The notes under the pieces were generated by a model. That model saw only the letters and a list, made by a program, of their open reading frames with translations. It had not been told where the DNA came from and searched no databases. This document shows, in pieces, positions 32,465-42,395 of a DNA stretch of 64,000 nt. Numbering within the stretch: position 1 is the first letter of the stretch; each line of letters begins with the position of its first letter. Made by a program: the position numbers and the translations under genes. Source of the stretch: a virus. Location of the stretch: IMG/VR virus record IMGVR_UViG_3300045988_132703; one strand, 5' to 3'.

Positions 32465-32501
32465 TGATTAAATTCCTCAAACTAAAATTTTTTAAAATGA
32501 A

Positions 32502-32933
32502 TTATAATTCATCTAAATAGCCCGCTGCTTGTGCCGTTCTACTTCTTTCAATTTGCTCTAAGTGCACTGCCGCGAACAAATCAGAATAATCTTTGCTAAA
32601 ACGTAATTTAGTCAAAAGTTTTAATCCACTCTTTTGACGGAAAATATTTGAATCAGCCTGCTTAATATCACCATCAAAGAAAATCCGTGTGTTTTCACCG
32701 CAACGAGCAACCAATAACTTCACATGATCTTCTGTTAAATTTTGTGCTTCATTAACAAGAATAATCGAATTATCAAAACTGCGCCCACGAGCAATAGAAA
32801 TGGGTAGCAATTCTAATTGTCCTTTTTCGTACATCTGGATTACTTCCTATTGACTAATTATATCACATAATGTACCAATGTATGGCAAAATCTTATCGAA
32901 CATTTCCGCAACTACTTCATCTTTCGATAAAGG
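32502..32933 (-). CDS. phoH: PIN-PhoH ATPase, exon 3
   Basis: ARGRSF...ILVNEAQN...FFDGDIKQAD. 1 in-frame TAG. Confidence 0.7.
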
Positions 32934-34169
32934 CTAGACTATATCTTTAAGTTTACAAAGAGGTTAATAAAAACTAATATTTATCATATTTTCTCTGAAG
33001 AAAACAAGTGCTGTTAGAATAGAGATAATTTAAAATTGAAAGAATCTAAATTCTCCCACGCCAATGACAGTTATAAGCATTGCCTTTTTCAATTTTATTA
33101 TGAAAATTTTTACCAATAGCTTTATCTATAGCTAATTGGAAATCTTGAACAAAACTTTCATAATATGCGCAAAAGCCGATTGAAGCGTCATTTTGATTTA
33201 CAATTGAACAAATTCCATCTCCATCATATAATCCACGAAGATAATGATGGAATAGTTTTTCTGGAATTTTATTTGATAAGTGAGTTAAAGAATAAGTTTT
33301 ATTAGGAATTATACCATATTGGGCTAAATCCTACGCCATTTTCGCAGAAGCCCATTCGATAGTAAAACATTCTTTATTGGCTCTTTTATCTTCTTGAATT
33401 TTGCAATCTAAACAAAGAATCTTTTTAATCCATTCTAAAGTTGCTCGATCATCAACTTGTAAACTAATTCCAATTGTAAAACTATTACGACTTTTTAAAT
33501 TTTTAACATAACCATCAGTAGTTAATAATCCCAAAAGATAAGCTTTTTCTTCAGTGTCAATTGTTTCAAAAAAATCTTCAATAATATTTTTATTAACTTT
33601 TTTCCAAGTGACTTTGTCTATTTGATTTTCTTTTAATACTCGATTAATTAAAGTAATATCACAATTATATTTTCTAGCAATTTCGTTAATTCCAGAATGG
33701 CAACGATACATATTTATTATATCTTGCTATTGTTCACTAGTAAAAAATTTTTTTCTAAGCCCTCTTTTAATTTCAATTCCCATAGATTTTAATGCTTTAG
33801 AAATTGTATCTGGTTTTTTATGATATTCTTTTGATAATTGCTAAATAGAAAATCCTTTTTGATATTTATCAATTAATTCTTCTAAAAGAACGTTATTTAT
33901 CATATAAATCACCTCAAAAAAGAAGTAATTTATCTAATAAGTCACTCTAAACTTACTCTGCATTTCGCTTTCGCTACTCCCGGCCAAGGGATAGTCGTTG
34001 AACCTTTTCCTCTAAAGGAACTTGGCTGCTGATTGCCCAATCTAGTTTATTTTCAAACATTCACAATTATTGTTTCCAATTTTGTTGTAGTTAAACTAGC
34101 TCTAAGGGGTTTCCAGCAATTAACAGAGTTTTTCAATACATATCGCTATGTAAGGGAGCTATTTAATTA
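32934..34169 (-). mobile_element. Group I intron (family D) with a LAGLIDADG endonuclease
   Basis: GGT|TAAATAGCTCCCTTA at the 5' end, as in 34293..35364. TTGCTGGAAACCCCTTAG block and GATATAGTCTAG 3' end. Confidence 0.65.
32953..33903 (-). CDS. LAGLIDADG homing endonuclease (double-motif) with N-terminal HTH
   Basis: LLGLLTTDGY and LRGLYDGDG motifs. 5 in-frame TAG join the track ORF 33331..33711 to flanking coding sequence. Confidence 0.75.
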
Positions 34170-34292
34170 ACCCGGCATAGTTCCTAATTCCATAGAATTT
34201 TCATTCTAACTATTATTAGGAACATAAACAATTTTATCTATATTTCCTTTCTATAATTCTTGTAAGGCGTAAGAAGTTAATAGGAAACTTTT
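34170..34292 (-). CDS. phoH: PIN-PhoH ATPase, exon 2 (41-codon micro-exon)
   Basis: The junction GSFGTG|KSFLL completes Walker A. Ends ELGTMPG (consensus LGFLPG). 2 in-frame TAG. Confidence 0.65.
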
Positions 34293-35364
34293 CCTTTATA
34301 CCGCTGTTTTCACAGTACTTTAACACCAATTCAATAGTCGGAGTAGACTATATCTTCTTCGTTATTATCCTCGAACAATATGCTTGCCTTTTCATATTTT
34401 CGAGCTAAAGATATTTTACTATCTTTATATAAAACAGTAGCCAACTGTTTTACTAAATGTTTTTTATTTATCCTGAAATGATAAGCTGTACCATAATTTT
34501 CAATTATAGTAGTAACAGGCTCGTCTAAAAATTGATTGCATAAATTTCTAAAATCTTCACAAATACTTTTATGGTAAGAACAGAAATCTATTTTATAACT
34601 TTTATCTTTCTATTGGTAAATACTTCCATCTCCATCTAACAATCCTCTCATGAAAGGTATTATAAAATTTGAAGGAATATTATTTGGAAGATGCTTTGTT
34701 TTATAAGTTTTTTGAGGAATAATCCCATATTTAGCTAAGTCATTGGCCATTTTTTGACTTCTAAATCTTAGAACTGCACATTCTTTATTTTCTCTTTTGT
34801 CATAAGTTAATTTTGAGTGCATATTTATTTCAGTTCTAAGCTTTTCTAAAATATCAATATCGGATATTTTTAAAGAAATGATGATTGACGGAAATCTTTT
34901 TCCATCTGAGTCTGGAACTATACTTCCATCAGTGAAAAATAATCCTAAAAAATAAGCTTTTTCTTCACTGTTGATATTTTCAAAATAGTCTTCTTTTAAA
35001 AGACGATTTTTTGATAGACCCTTTCTTTTAATAGGTATATTATATTTTAATAAAACATTTTTGATAGCTTCCGTACGACAATGGTAATTTTGAGCTAAAA
35101 AACTTATTGTCATACCTTCTTGATTATATTTTTCACAAATTATTTTTTCTGTATTTAAATCAAATTGTCTCATTTTTCTCCTGGATTGGCAAAACGAAGT
35201 GCGGCATTTCATAGTTTAAAAACCACTATTATTATTTTAGTCGTTGAACCTTCTTATTGGCTAGATAAGCTTGGCTGCTGATTGCCCTCGTCTTTACGTT
35301 AGGGGTTTCCAGCAATTAACCGCATTATTCAATATATATTACTACATAAGGGAGCTATTATTTA
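34293..35364 (-). mobile_element. Group I intron (family D) with a LAGLIDADG endonuclease
   Basis: Interrupts Walker A. Shares core blocks with 32934..34169. Confidence 0.65.
34331..35212 (-). CDS. LAGLIDADG homing endonuclease
   Basis: FLGLFFTDGS and MRGLLDGDGS motifs. Continues through the TAG at 34612-10 to the TGA at 34331. Confidence 0.75.
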
Positions 35365-36072
35365 ACCCGTGCCAAAGCTACCTCCAGCATAAATTATATT
35401 AGCTTTACTATAAAGGGCGTCTATTAAACAAGCCTATTCAATATTTCGAGCCTAAATTTTATTACCATAACTTATTTCAATAGATTCTCTTTTTATTGGT
35501 TTAATTAAATGATTTCTATAAACAAGAACATCTTTTACATTATCATCCTCAATAATAACTATATACTAATTTTCAAATAAAGTCAAATTAGTAAAATCAT
35601 TAATATATAATTCACTAATTAATTCATTATCTTTAGGAATATATAATCTTAATATTCCTGTATAAATTTCATTATTTTTAATATAAGATTCATACTATAC
35701 TTGTAAAGCTATACATTTAACTTGTAAATTAATATCATTGGTGATTAAAGTATAATTATTATCTTTACAGAGGTATAATAATTGATTATCAATAGAAAGA
35801 TTATTATAATTAGAAGTATCAATAAAATGAATTTGTGTATCTCTTTCTTCTATCTTTTCTTGGTACTTCTTTTCTTCGTCTTTCTCTGTTGGTTCGTCTT
35901 TTTCAAGCAAATCTCGCAATTTTCTTAGAACAATCCGTGCTTTCTTTGCACGCTCGCCCTGTGTAATTTTAATACGATCAAGTTCTTCAAGGACTGACCA
36001 AGCAATTCCAATATTCTCGTGAGTGACAATATCTGGATAATCAATTAAAACGTTGGTATCAATTATAAACAT
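35365..36072 (-). CDS. phoH: PIN-PhoH ATPase, exon 1 (PIN domain + Walker A start)
   Basis: AAGGAGG RBS before ATG 36072 (MFIIDTNVLID). 4 in-frame TAG. Ends GGSFGTG. Confidence 0.7.
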
Positions 36073-36154
36073 ATGATACCTCCTTATAAATTTGTACATC
36101 TATAAAGTAAAAAGTCAGCTAATCTACTCTATTAGATTAGCTGACTTTTGATTT

Positions 36155-37264
36155 TTACTGTTGTTCACCCATATATTTTTCAAAAGTACAATCTTCGATA
36201 GGAATATCATCGCGCATACGAACAAGCTTAGCATGACGAAGATTACCATCAGGAGTAAACATCATACAAGTTACTTCAATGGGTTTCATTGCATAATCGG
36301 CATAATTGGCTTTTACATCATCTTCAAGACCGCTCAAAAATCCAATAGGATGAATTTCTCCTTTATCCATAACGCCAATTTCAAGAGAGCCAGGAATCCC
36401 CATATAGTAATTTTTAGTAACAGGCTCGATACTTTGCCCAGCATCATATTCTTTGCACCAATCGCCAATCGGAAGAAGCTTATCATTTTTGGTATCTTCC
36501 CAATATTTCCAAGAATCAAGTTCCTTACCCGTATAAAGACGAGTTGCTTTTTTCGCACGTCCAGTAAAGAAACAGTCAATATGATGATCAAGTTCTCGTT
36601 TTACTTTAATAGTTTTCCAAGCAGTCCGTTTGCCCGGTGCAACAGTTGCAGTTTTTTTAACAAGAACGATACCTTCACCATCATGCGCAAAAACAGATTC
36701 CATTAATTCATTGATTTTAGTAGGCTCACTTTGCCAATTCGCGCAATCAATATATTTATTATTTTTAAGAAATTCATCATAAAGTTCTTTTACTTTTTGA
36801 ATACGAAATTCATAAGGCATATCCATTAAATTAGTTCCACGACAAAACCAACAATCATGAACATAATATCTCATTTTAGGATAATCTTTTTCTTGCCGCT
36901 GGACAGCTTTTTCTGCTTTACATCCAAGAATTTTCCCAGCTTCTTGAGAGGTCGTGTTGGGAATATATAATTCTCCAATAAGAATAGTTCCCCAAGGAAG
37001 AGTTTTTAAAGTTTCCGCAATATGAGGAACATGAAATTGCTTATCGGAATATTCACCAGTAACGGTACTTTTGGTCCTGCTCTCCATGCGCATCGCGCCA
37101 TCAAAATTAATGACTGTACGATTATAATGCCCATCAATTTTTTCTGAACCAATATATTCATTAGAAGCGATACGAGCAATAATTTCATTCTTCTTTTGGG
37201 TAACAGTATACTTTACGGGAAATTGCCAATAGCGCTCAGGATCGAGGTTAAACAAAGTAGTCAT
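36155..37264 (-). CDS. lig: ATP-dependent DNA ligase
   Basis: Motif I EKIDGH and a downstream nucleotidyltransferase/OB pattern. No TAG. Confidence 0.75.
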   Translation of the reverse strand: MTTLFNLDPERYWQFPVKYTVTQKKNEIIARIASNEYIGSEKIDGHYNRTVINFDGAMRMESRTKSTVTGEYSDKQFHVPHIAETLKTLPWGTILIGELYIPNTTSQEAGKILGCKAEKAVQRQEKDYPKMRYYVHDCWFCRGTNLMDMPYEFRIQKVKELYDEFLKNNKYIDCANWQSEPTKINELMESVFAHDGEGIVLVKKTATVAPGKRTAWKTIKVKRELDHHIDCFFTGRAKKATRLYTGKELDSWKYWEDTKNDKLLPIGDWCKEYDAGQSIEPVTKNYYMGIPGSLEIGVMDKGEIHPIGFLSGLEDDVKANYADYAMKPIEVTCMMFTPDGNLRHAKLVRMRDDIPIEDCTFEKYMGEQQ

Positions 37265-37959
37265 ATATTAATCAACCTTTCTAAATTAATCTTATCAAAA
37301 TCCCAATAAGGAATAATAATAAGAGGAATATTATGTTTTAAACAGTAATCAATTTTTTGTTTGTCTGATTTTTTCTATTCTTCAAAAGAACGCCTAAAAT
37401 ATTTATTTTCTTCGTAATGTTGTTTTCCATTATATTCTATTAAATGAGATAATTCTCCATTATCTTTAAATATTGCAAAATCAAATAATAAAGGAAAATT
37501 TTTATCTGAAAGTAAATCAGAAAAAGAATATTGAGTTTTAAAATTAATATTATTCTCAATTAAAATTTTATTAATTTTAAATTCACCTTTTGATTTTAAA
37601 CAGCCGCAAGAATACAATTCAGAAATTTCTCCTTGCCTTTTATTAAAAATTTTCCCGCAAGCTGTACACTAACATTGCCAAATAATATCGCCATGTTTAT
37701 TATCTTTTCCTACTGGTTTTATAGCTTTAACTGCTCCAAACATTTGATTAGTTAAATCTTTAGAAAAGAGCTTAGAAGCAGTCTCTTTTTGAACACATCC
37801 GCAACTAATTGTATCTCCGCCAGTTAAATGGTCAGAACGAATACTTTTAATTGTTTTTTCTTCACAATGCTAGCATTGACAAATCCAATAACATTTTTTA
37901 TTAGGATCTCTTTGTAAAACTTTTAGATAACCAAAAGTCTAACCTTCTAGGTGTAACAT
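37261..37959 (-). CDS. Free-standing nuclease-like protein with repeated Zn-ribbon modules
   Basis: Three C..C-x-C/SCGC repeats followed by a C-terminal nuclease-like domain. 4 in-frame TAG. ATGA overlap with the ligase gene. Confidence 0.45.
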
Positions 37960-37969
37960 TTAAACTCCT

Positions 37970-38548
37970 TTATTTGTTACAACCAACTTTAACAAACGCG
38001 TAGTTAAATACAGCATTCATATAATTTTTATCAATGACTTTTTCACCATGTCTCGCGCAAGCATGCATCATCTCATCAATAAATTCTTTAGTTTGTGGAT
38101 GCATTGCAATACCATTACTTTTCTTTTCATTCCACCATTTTAACTCGTCCTTAAAAGAAAAATCTTTTCCTTGATAAGCTCTTGCTGCGCCAATGTAATC
38201 GCAAAACATTTCAAAGGCATATTTTTGAGGCATTATAATTGGATTACCACCTTTATCAAAATTGTCTTGCCAATATTCATAATGATGAAGATTCCGTCCG
38301 CGATGATGAAACCATGCTTTTGAATAGCCATTTACTTTTTTGCTAACCTCAATAGGTGAATTAATGTCTTGATAATATTTAACACTTTCCCAAAATTCAA
38401 CTGGAGAAAATTTACTTAAATCATGAATAATACCTTGCCAATATAAACCAGCTTTAAAACAATAGTATCCAACCCAATATTTATGAACACAAATTTTTTT
38501 AAAATGAAGAAAAATATTTTTTAATTTTATTTTCATTTTTATCCTCAC
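37970..38548 (-). CDS. HD-motif protein (DUF5662-like, tentative)
   Basis: IIHDLSKF and HHRGRNLHH motifs. First gene after promoter 38561..38589. Confidence 0.45.
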   Translation of the reverse strand: MRIKMKIKLKNIFLHFKKICVHKYWVGYYCFKAGLYWQGIIHDLSKFSPVEFWESVKYYQDINSPIEVSKKVNGYSKAWFHHRGRNLHHYEYWQDNFDKGGNPIIMPQKYAFEMFCDYIGAARAYQGKDFSFKDELKWWNEKKSNGIAMHPQTKEFIDEMMHACARHGEKVIDKNYMNAVFNYAFVKVGCNK

Positions 38549-38560
38549 TTTCTTTATTAT

Positions 38561-38589
38561 ATTATATCATAAAATATAAAGATTGTCAA
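38561..38589 (-). promoter_or_regulatory. Consensus promoter at the start of the minus-strand module
   Basis: Minus strand reads TTGACA (38589-84), 17-nt spacer, TATAAT (38566-61). Confidence 0.6.
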
Positions 38590-38654
38590 ATCTTTATAAC
38601 AATATAATGTAAGTCTTACTTTAATTTAGAAGAAAACAAAGGAGCGTGCTACCG

Positions 38655-39074
38655 ATGGAAACTATTGGAATAGTCATTGGTGCTTTACTTGCTGTTGCTG
38701 CGGCTGTCTCGACTATCGGCGGCGCATGGAAGTACATCCAACAAATTAAACAACCTTATGAAGATTTGAAAAACAAGGTGATAAAGTTGGAAGAACAAAA
38801 TAAAGCATCAAAGCGCGATTTAAATGACCTAGAATTAAGATTGCGTAGATATGTTGATGAATAGAATAGTAAAACTGATACTGCAATTCATAATATCAAA
38901 GAAGATATTACCGCATTGCGTACATCAATAGAAGCAAATGAACAAGATACTAAATTAATATTAAAGGAAATTTTTCATTTAACTTCTTATATTACCTCTG
39001 GCGACAAAGAAAAATTGCAAGATTTGCTTGGTGTTAATAGTGAGATTTTAAATCATTTGATAGAACATGAATAA
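38655..39074 (+). CDS. Membrane-anchored coiled-coil protein
   Basis: AAGGAG RBS, ATG at 38655. N-terminal TM segment IGIVIGALLAVAAAV. In-frame TAG at 38862. Confidence 0.5.
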
Positions 39075-39075
39075 T

Positions 39076-39141
39076 TTGACAAATCCGAATAAATATGGTA
39101 TAATATAATTGTATTTTAAAATACCATATTTATTCGGATTT
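39076..39141 (+). promoter_or_regulatory. Consensus promoter nested in a 20-bp perfect inverted repeat (terminator/promoter module)
   Basis: TTGACA (39076-81), 17-nt spacer, TATAAT (39099-104). The arms 39081-39100 and 39122-39141 are perfectly complementary and are followed by TTTTATTT. Confidence 0.65.
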
Positions 39142-39162
39142 TTATTTGAAAAGAGTGATTTT

Positions 39163-39648
39163 ATGGAAGAAATGAAATTTATTAGTCCAACTAATGGACA
39201 AATGATAAAAAACGAAATTTATCAATTTTTACTTGATAAAATTAAAGAAAATCAAATTACTAAAAATCATGATTATAGTATTATTGTTGGCACAGATAGT
39301 CAAAATTTTTATAAAACAAAAATGGTATTAGTAATTTGTTTAATTGATAAAGGTCATGGTGGACGTTATTTTTATCATATTGATTGGTTAAATAAAATTA
39401 AAGATGTCAATACTAAAATTTATACTGAAACTGAAAAGAGTTTAGAAATTGCAAGAGAATTAAATACTTATTTACATGAAAATGGAGTGCGCGCTGAAGT
39501 TGAAATTCATGTAGACATAGGCCGCAATGGAAAAACAAAAGATTTAATTCAAGGAATTTTAGGATGGGTAACAGCAGAAGGCTTTAAAGCTAAAATTAAA
39601 GATGAATCTTGGGTAGCTTCTACCATTGCTGATAAAATTTCTAAGTGA
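39163..39648 (+). CDS. YkuK/DUF458-like RNase H-fold protein
   Basis: IVGTDSQ motif. The start is placed downstream of the promoter. No TAG. Confidence 0.5.
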   Translation: MEEMKFISPTNGQMIKNEIYQFLLDKIKENQITKNHDYSIIVGTDSQNFYKTKMVLVICLIDKGHGGRYFYHIDWLNKIKDVNTKIYTETEKSLEIARELNTYLHENGVRAEVEIHVDIGRNGKTKDLIQGILGWVTAEGFKAKIKDESWVASTIADKISK

Positions 39649-39654
39649 GGATAT

Positions 39655-40158
39655 ATGCAGATTAAACGATAGATTCCTGATTCAACAATTCCGAAACCAC
39701 CAGGAAACGTTGATAAAAATAAATATGGTGAAATTTTTGCTACAATAGATGGACAAATTTATTGTCGTGATAAAAACGGTTATCCAAAAAGTATTGCTTC
39801 AACCGCAAAATACGCAAATGAAGCAGCAAATGCGAGTTCAGTTAATAATCATTCAGTAAATATAGATGTTCCACAAAGCGCGTCTTTTAATGATACTACT
39901 TATACATTTTCAGAAGGTACAATCGACGGGAGTTTTCGAGTTGATTGGTCTATTGCTGGCCCAACTTCAGTTCGAGATTCAGGAACTAATATTAAAATTC
40001 ATGGACTAGGAACAGCGGCGTATAAAAATTCTACTGATTTTGTTTCACCGGCAGATTTGCGAAATGTTAATGCAGTTACTCTTGGCGGTAGCTCATTATC
40101 AGATATTATTAATTATATTGATAAAAAAACTCATTCCGGAGGCGGGATTTAGGATTAA
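39655..40158 (+). CDS. Tail-fibre-like small protein
   Basis: 2 in-frame TAG. The SSVNNHSVNIDVPQSASFNDTT motif is related to that in 5088..5654. Confidence 0.45.
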
Positions 40159-40215
40159 AATAGAGTTGATTAAATAAATTTTTACTTTCATTTTAGAATA
40201 AATGGAGGTGGATTT

Positions 40216-41640
40216 ATGACCCCAAAATATAAAGGTATTGATGTTTCAAAACATCAAGGAATTATTAATTGGGATTAGCTTGCAACTGATCCTAATGTGC
40301 AGTTTGTAATTATTCGCGCGGGCTATGGTAGTTATTATCCAGCTCAAGTTGATGCGCAATTTGAAACAAACTATAAACAAGCAAAAGCGCATAACATTCC
40401 AGTTGGTGTCTATTGGTATTCTTATGCTTCAACAGTAAGCGAAGTTCATCAAGAAATGGCCGCACTATTAAAAACAATAGAAGGAAAACAATTTGAATAT
40501 CCTATTTATTTTGATCAAGAATATGAAAAAGACATTGTCGCTTTAACAAAAGCTCAAAGAACAGAACTTGTCAAAACAGCACTTAATATCCTTGAAGGAA
40601 AAGGATATTATGCTGCACTTTATTGCAGCGCGGACTGGTTAAATAATCGTTTAAACTATAATCAATTAACTTCTTATGATATGTGGATCGCATAGTATGG
40701 GACAAATTGTTCCGCCAAACTTCCATACGGAATGTGGCAATATTCATCAAAAGGAAAAGTTAATGGTATTTCTACTGATGTGGATTTAGATTATTGCTAT
40801 AAAGATTATCCAAACATAATCAAGAAAGCTGGACTGAATGGTTATAAAAAAGATAGTTTAGCTACTCCATCAGCTTCAACAACCCCGATTGTTTCTTCTA
40901 CTGATTATGTGCTAGATTGGCCGCTACAAGGGCAGCATGTAATTACAGCTGGTTGGTGTTATTCTACTGGTTCACTACATTAGGCTATTGATTTAAGAGT
41001 AACTTTAAAATAGCCAATTTATGCTGCCGGAGCGGGAATAGTTAATTTTGTTTATACTTGGAACGGTAAAATAACTAATGGTGATACGAATAGTTATGGC
41101 AATTGCATAAAAATTCTTCATGATAAAAAGTATAATGGCAAAAACATTGAGACTCTTTATGCTCATTTAGATAGTTATGTCGTTTCAAAAGGACAAAGAG
41201 TTATGGCAGGATAGTTAATTGGCTATGCCGGTTACACTGGTCATGTTGTTCCTGCTGGGCCAAACGGCAAACATTTGCATTTTGAAGTTCGTTTGTCTGG
41301 CAAGAGAACTAATCCTTTAGTCTGGTTAGATGCTGATTTTACGACAAAAGATTCTTCTGTTTATACTTTTGGTAAGGGAGAGCGTAGCGCGATTCGCTCA
41401 ACTGAATCATCTAAACCTACTGCTCCAACTCAACCATCTATTCCTCAAAAGACTATTACTTTTAAGGATGGTCGTTGGAATGTGCGCAAAGGACCCGGTA
41501 TGGAATATGGCATTGTCGGATAGATTACTAGTCCACAAAATGGGAAATCAACTTGCATTAACTATTCTGAAATTAAAAATCAATGGTATAAAACTGTTTA
41601 TGGCTATGTAGGCCCAGCTGCAATCAAAAGCCATACATGA
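40216..41640 (+). CDS. Endolysin: GH25 muramidase + M23 peptidase + SH3-like domain
   Basis: GGAGGTG RBS. GIDVSKHQG...WIA(TAG)YG is the GH25 part. H(TAG)AIDL...YAHL...G(TAG)LIGYAGYTG...HLHFEV is the M23 part. 6 in-frame TAG (40276, 40693, 40981, 41011, 41212, 41521). Confidence 0.85.
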
Positions 41641-41960
41641 GGCGTATTATGAGTAAAAAAGATAAAATGCGCTTCAGCAAAAAAATAATAATTTTTACAA
41701 TGACTTGTACAGTAATTTATGCTATTGCTTATATGGTTTTATGTTATCGTATAGGTCAATTGCCAGATTATTCATTTAATGCTGGAATTTTTGCAGCATT
41801 GACCGCGGAGAATGGTTTTAATGCGTGGATTAAAACAGCAGAAGCGGGATAGAATAGTTCTACTGATAATACAGTTGATTTAACTGATTCGACTCCTATT
41901 GATGATTCAAACGATGATGATTTATTAGAATCTAATGTTTCTATTCAAGAGGAACCTTAA
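41637..41960 (+). CDS. Holin-like two-TM protein
   Basis: ATGA overlap with the endolysin gene. Two hydrophobic segments. 1 in-frame TAG at 41850. Confidence 0.5.
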
Positions 41961-41971
41961 AGGTGATTTAT

Positions 41972-42313
41972 ATGGTTGATATTACTCCTATTTTAACTTC
42001 TGCTTTGCAATTAGTTGCAGCAATCTTTACCATTATGGGAACTTTTGTAATTAAAGTTTACTTGATTCCTTGGCTAAAGTCAAAATTGACTCAAGAGCAA
42101 CAAGATCGAGTAAAAGAATATATTAAAGCTGCAATGGAAGCTGCCGAACAACTCCAAAAGAACGGTTATTTCGACGGTATTGAATAGTAGGGTAAAGCAA
42201 AGAAAGATTATGTAATCAAACAAGTAAAAGCTTATTGTGAGAAATATGGTTTTACTTTTGACGAAACTACAATTGATACTTTAATTGAAAGTTTAGTTAT
42301 CGACATTTCTTAA
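41972..42313 (+). CDS. LL-H family holin-like protein
   Basis: N-terminal TM, then GKAKKDYVIKQVKAY...IDTLIESLV. Tandem in-frame TAG-TAG at 42185-42190. Confidence 0.55.
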
Positions 42314-42317
42314 TTTC

Positions 42318-42346
42318 TTGACTTTTAAATCTTAATATGATATAAT
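42318..42346 (+). promoter_or_regulatory. Consensus promoter
   Basis: TTGACT, 17-nt spacer, TATAAT. Confidence 0.6.
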
Positions 42347-42385
42347 GGTAACAGAAAATAAAAAAATCTGTTACCATTTTTATTT
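42347..42385 (+). terminator. Leader hairpin with U-tract (terminator/attenuator-like)
   Basis: GGTAACAG-N13-CTGTTACC followed by ATTTTTATTT, immediately after the -10. Confidence 0.4.
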
Positions 42386-42395
42386 AGGTGAATAT

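Noticed and set aside
12469-35364. The recurring 40-150 nt conserved blocks as a CRISPR array or other tandem repeat.
   Set aside because: The copies are irregularly spaced over 23 kb and sit inside different genes exactly at exon junctions. They are imperfect and belong to several families, which fits intron cores rather than repeat-spacer units.
11054-36072. Inteins as the explanation for the split replication genes.
   Set aside because: The intervening blocks contain TAA/TGA stops in all frames. They are not in frame with the flanking exons and lack Hint-domain motifs. They share conserved RNA-level blocks and obey the U / terminal-G splice-site rule.
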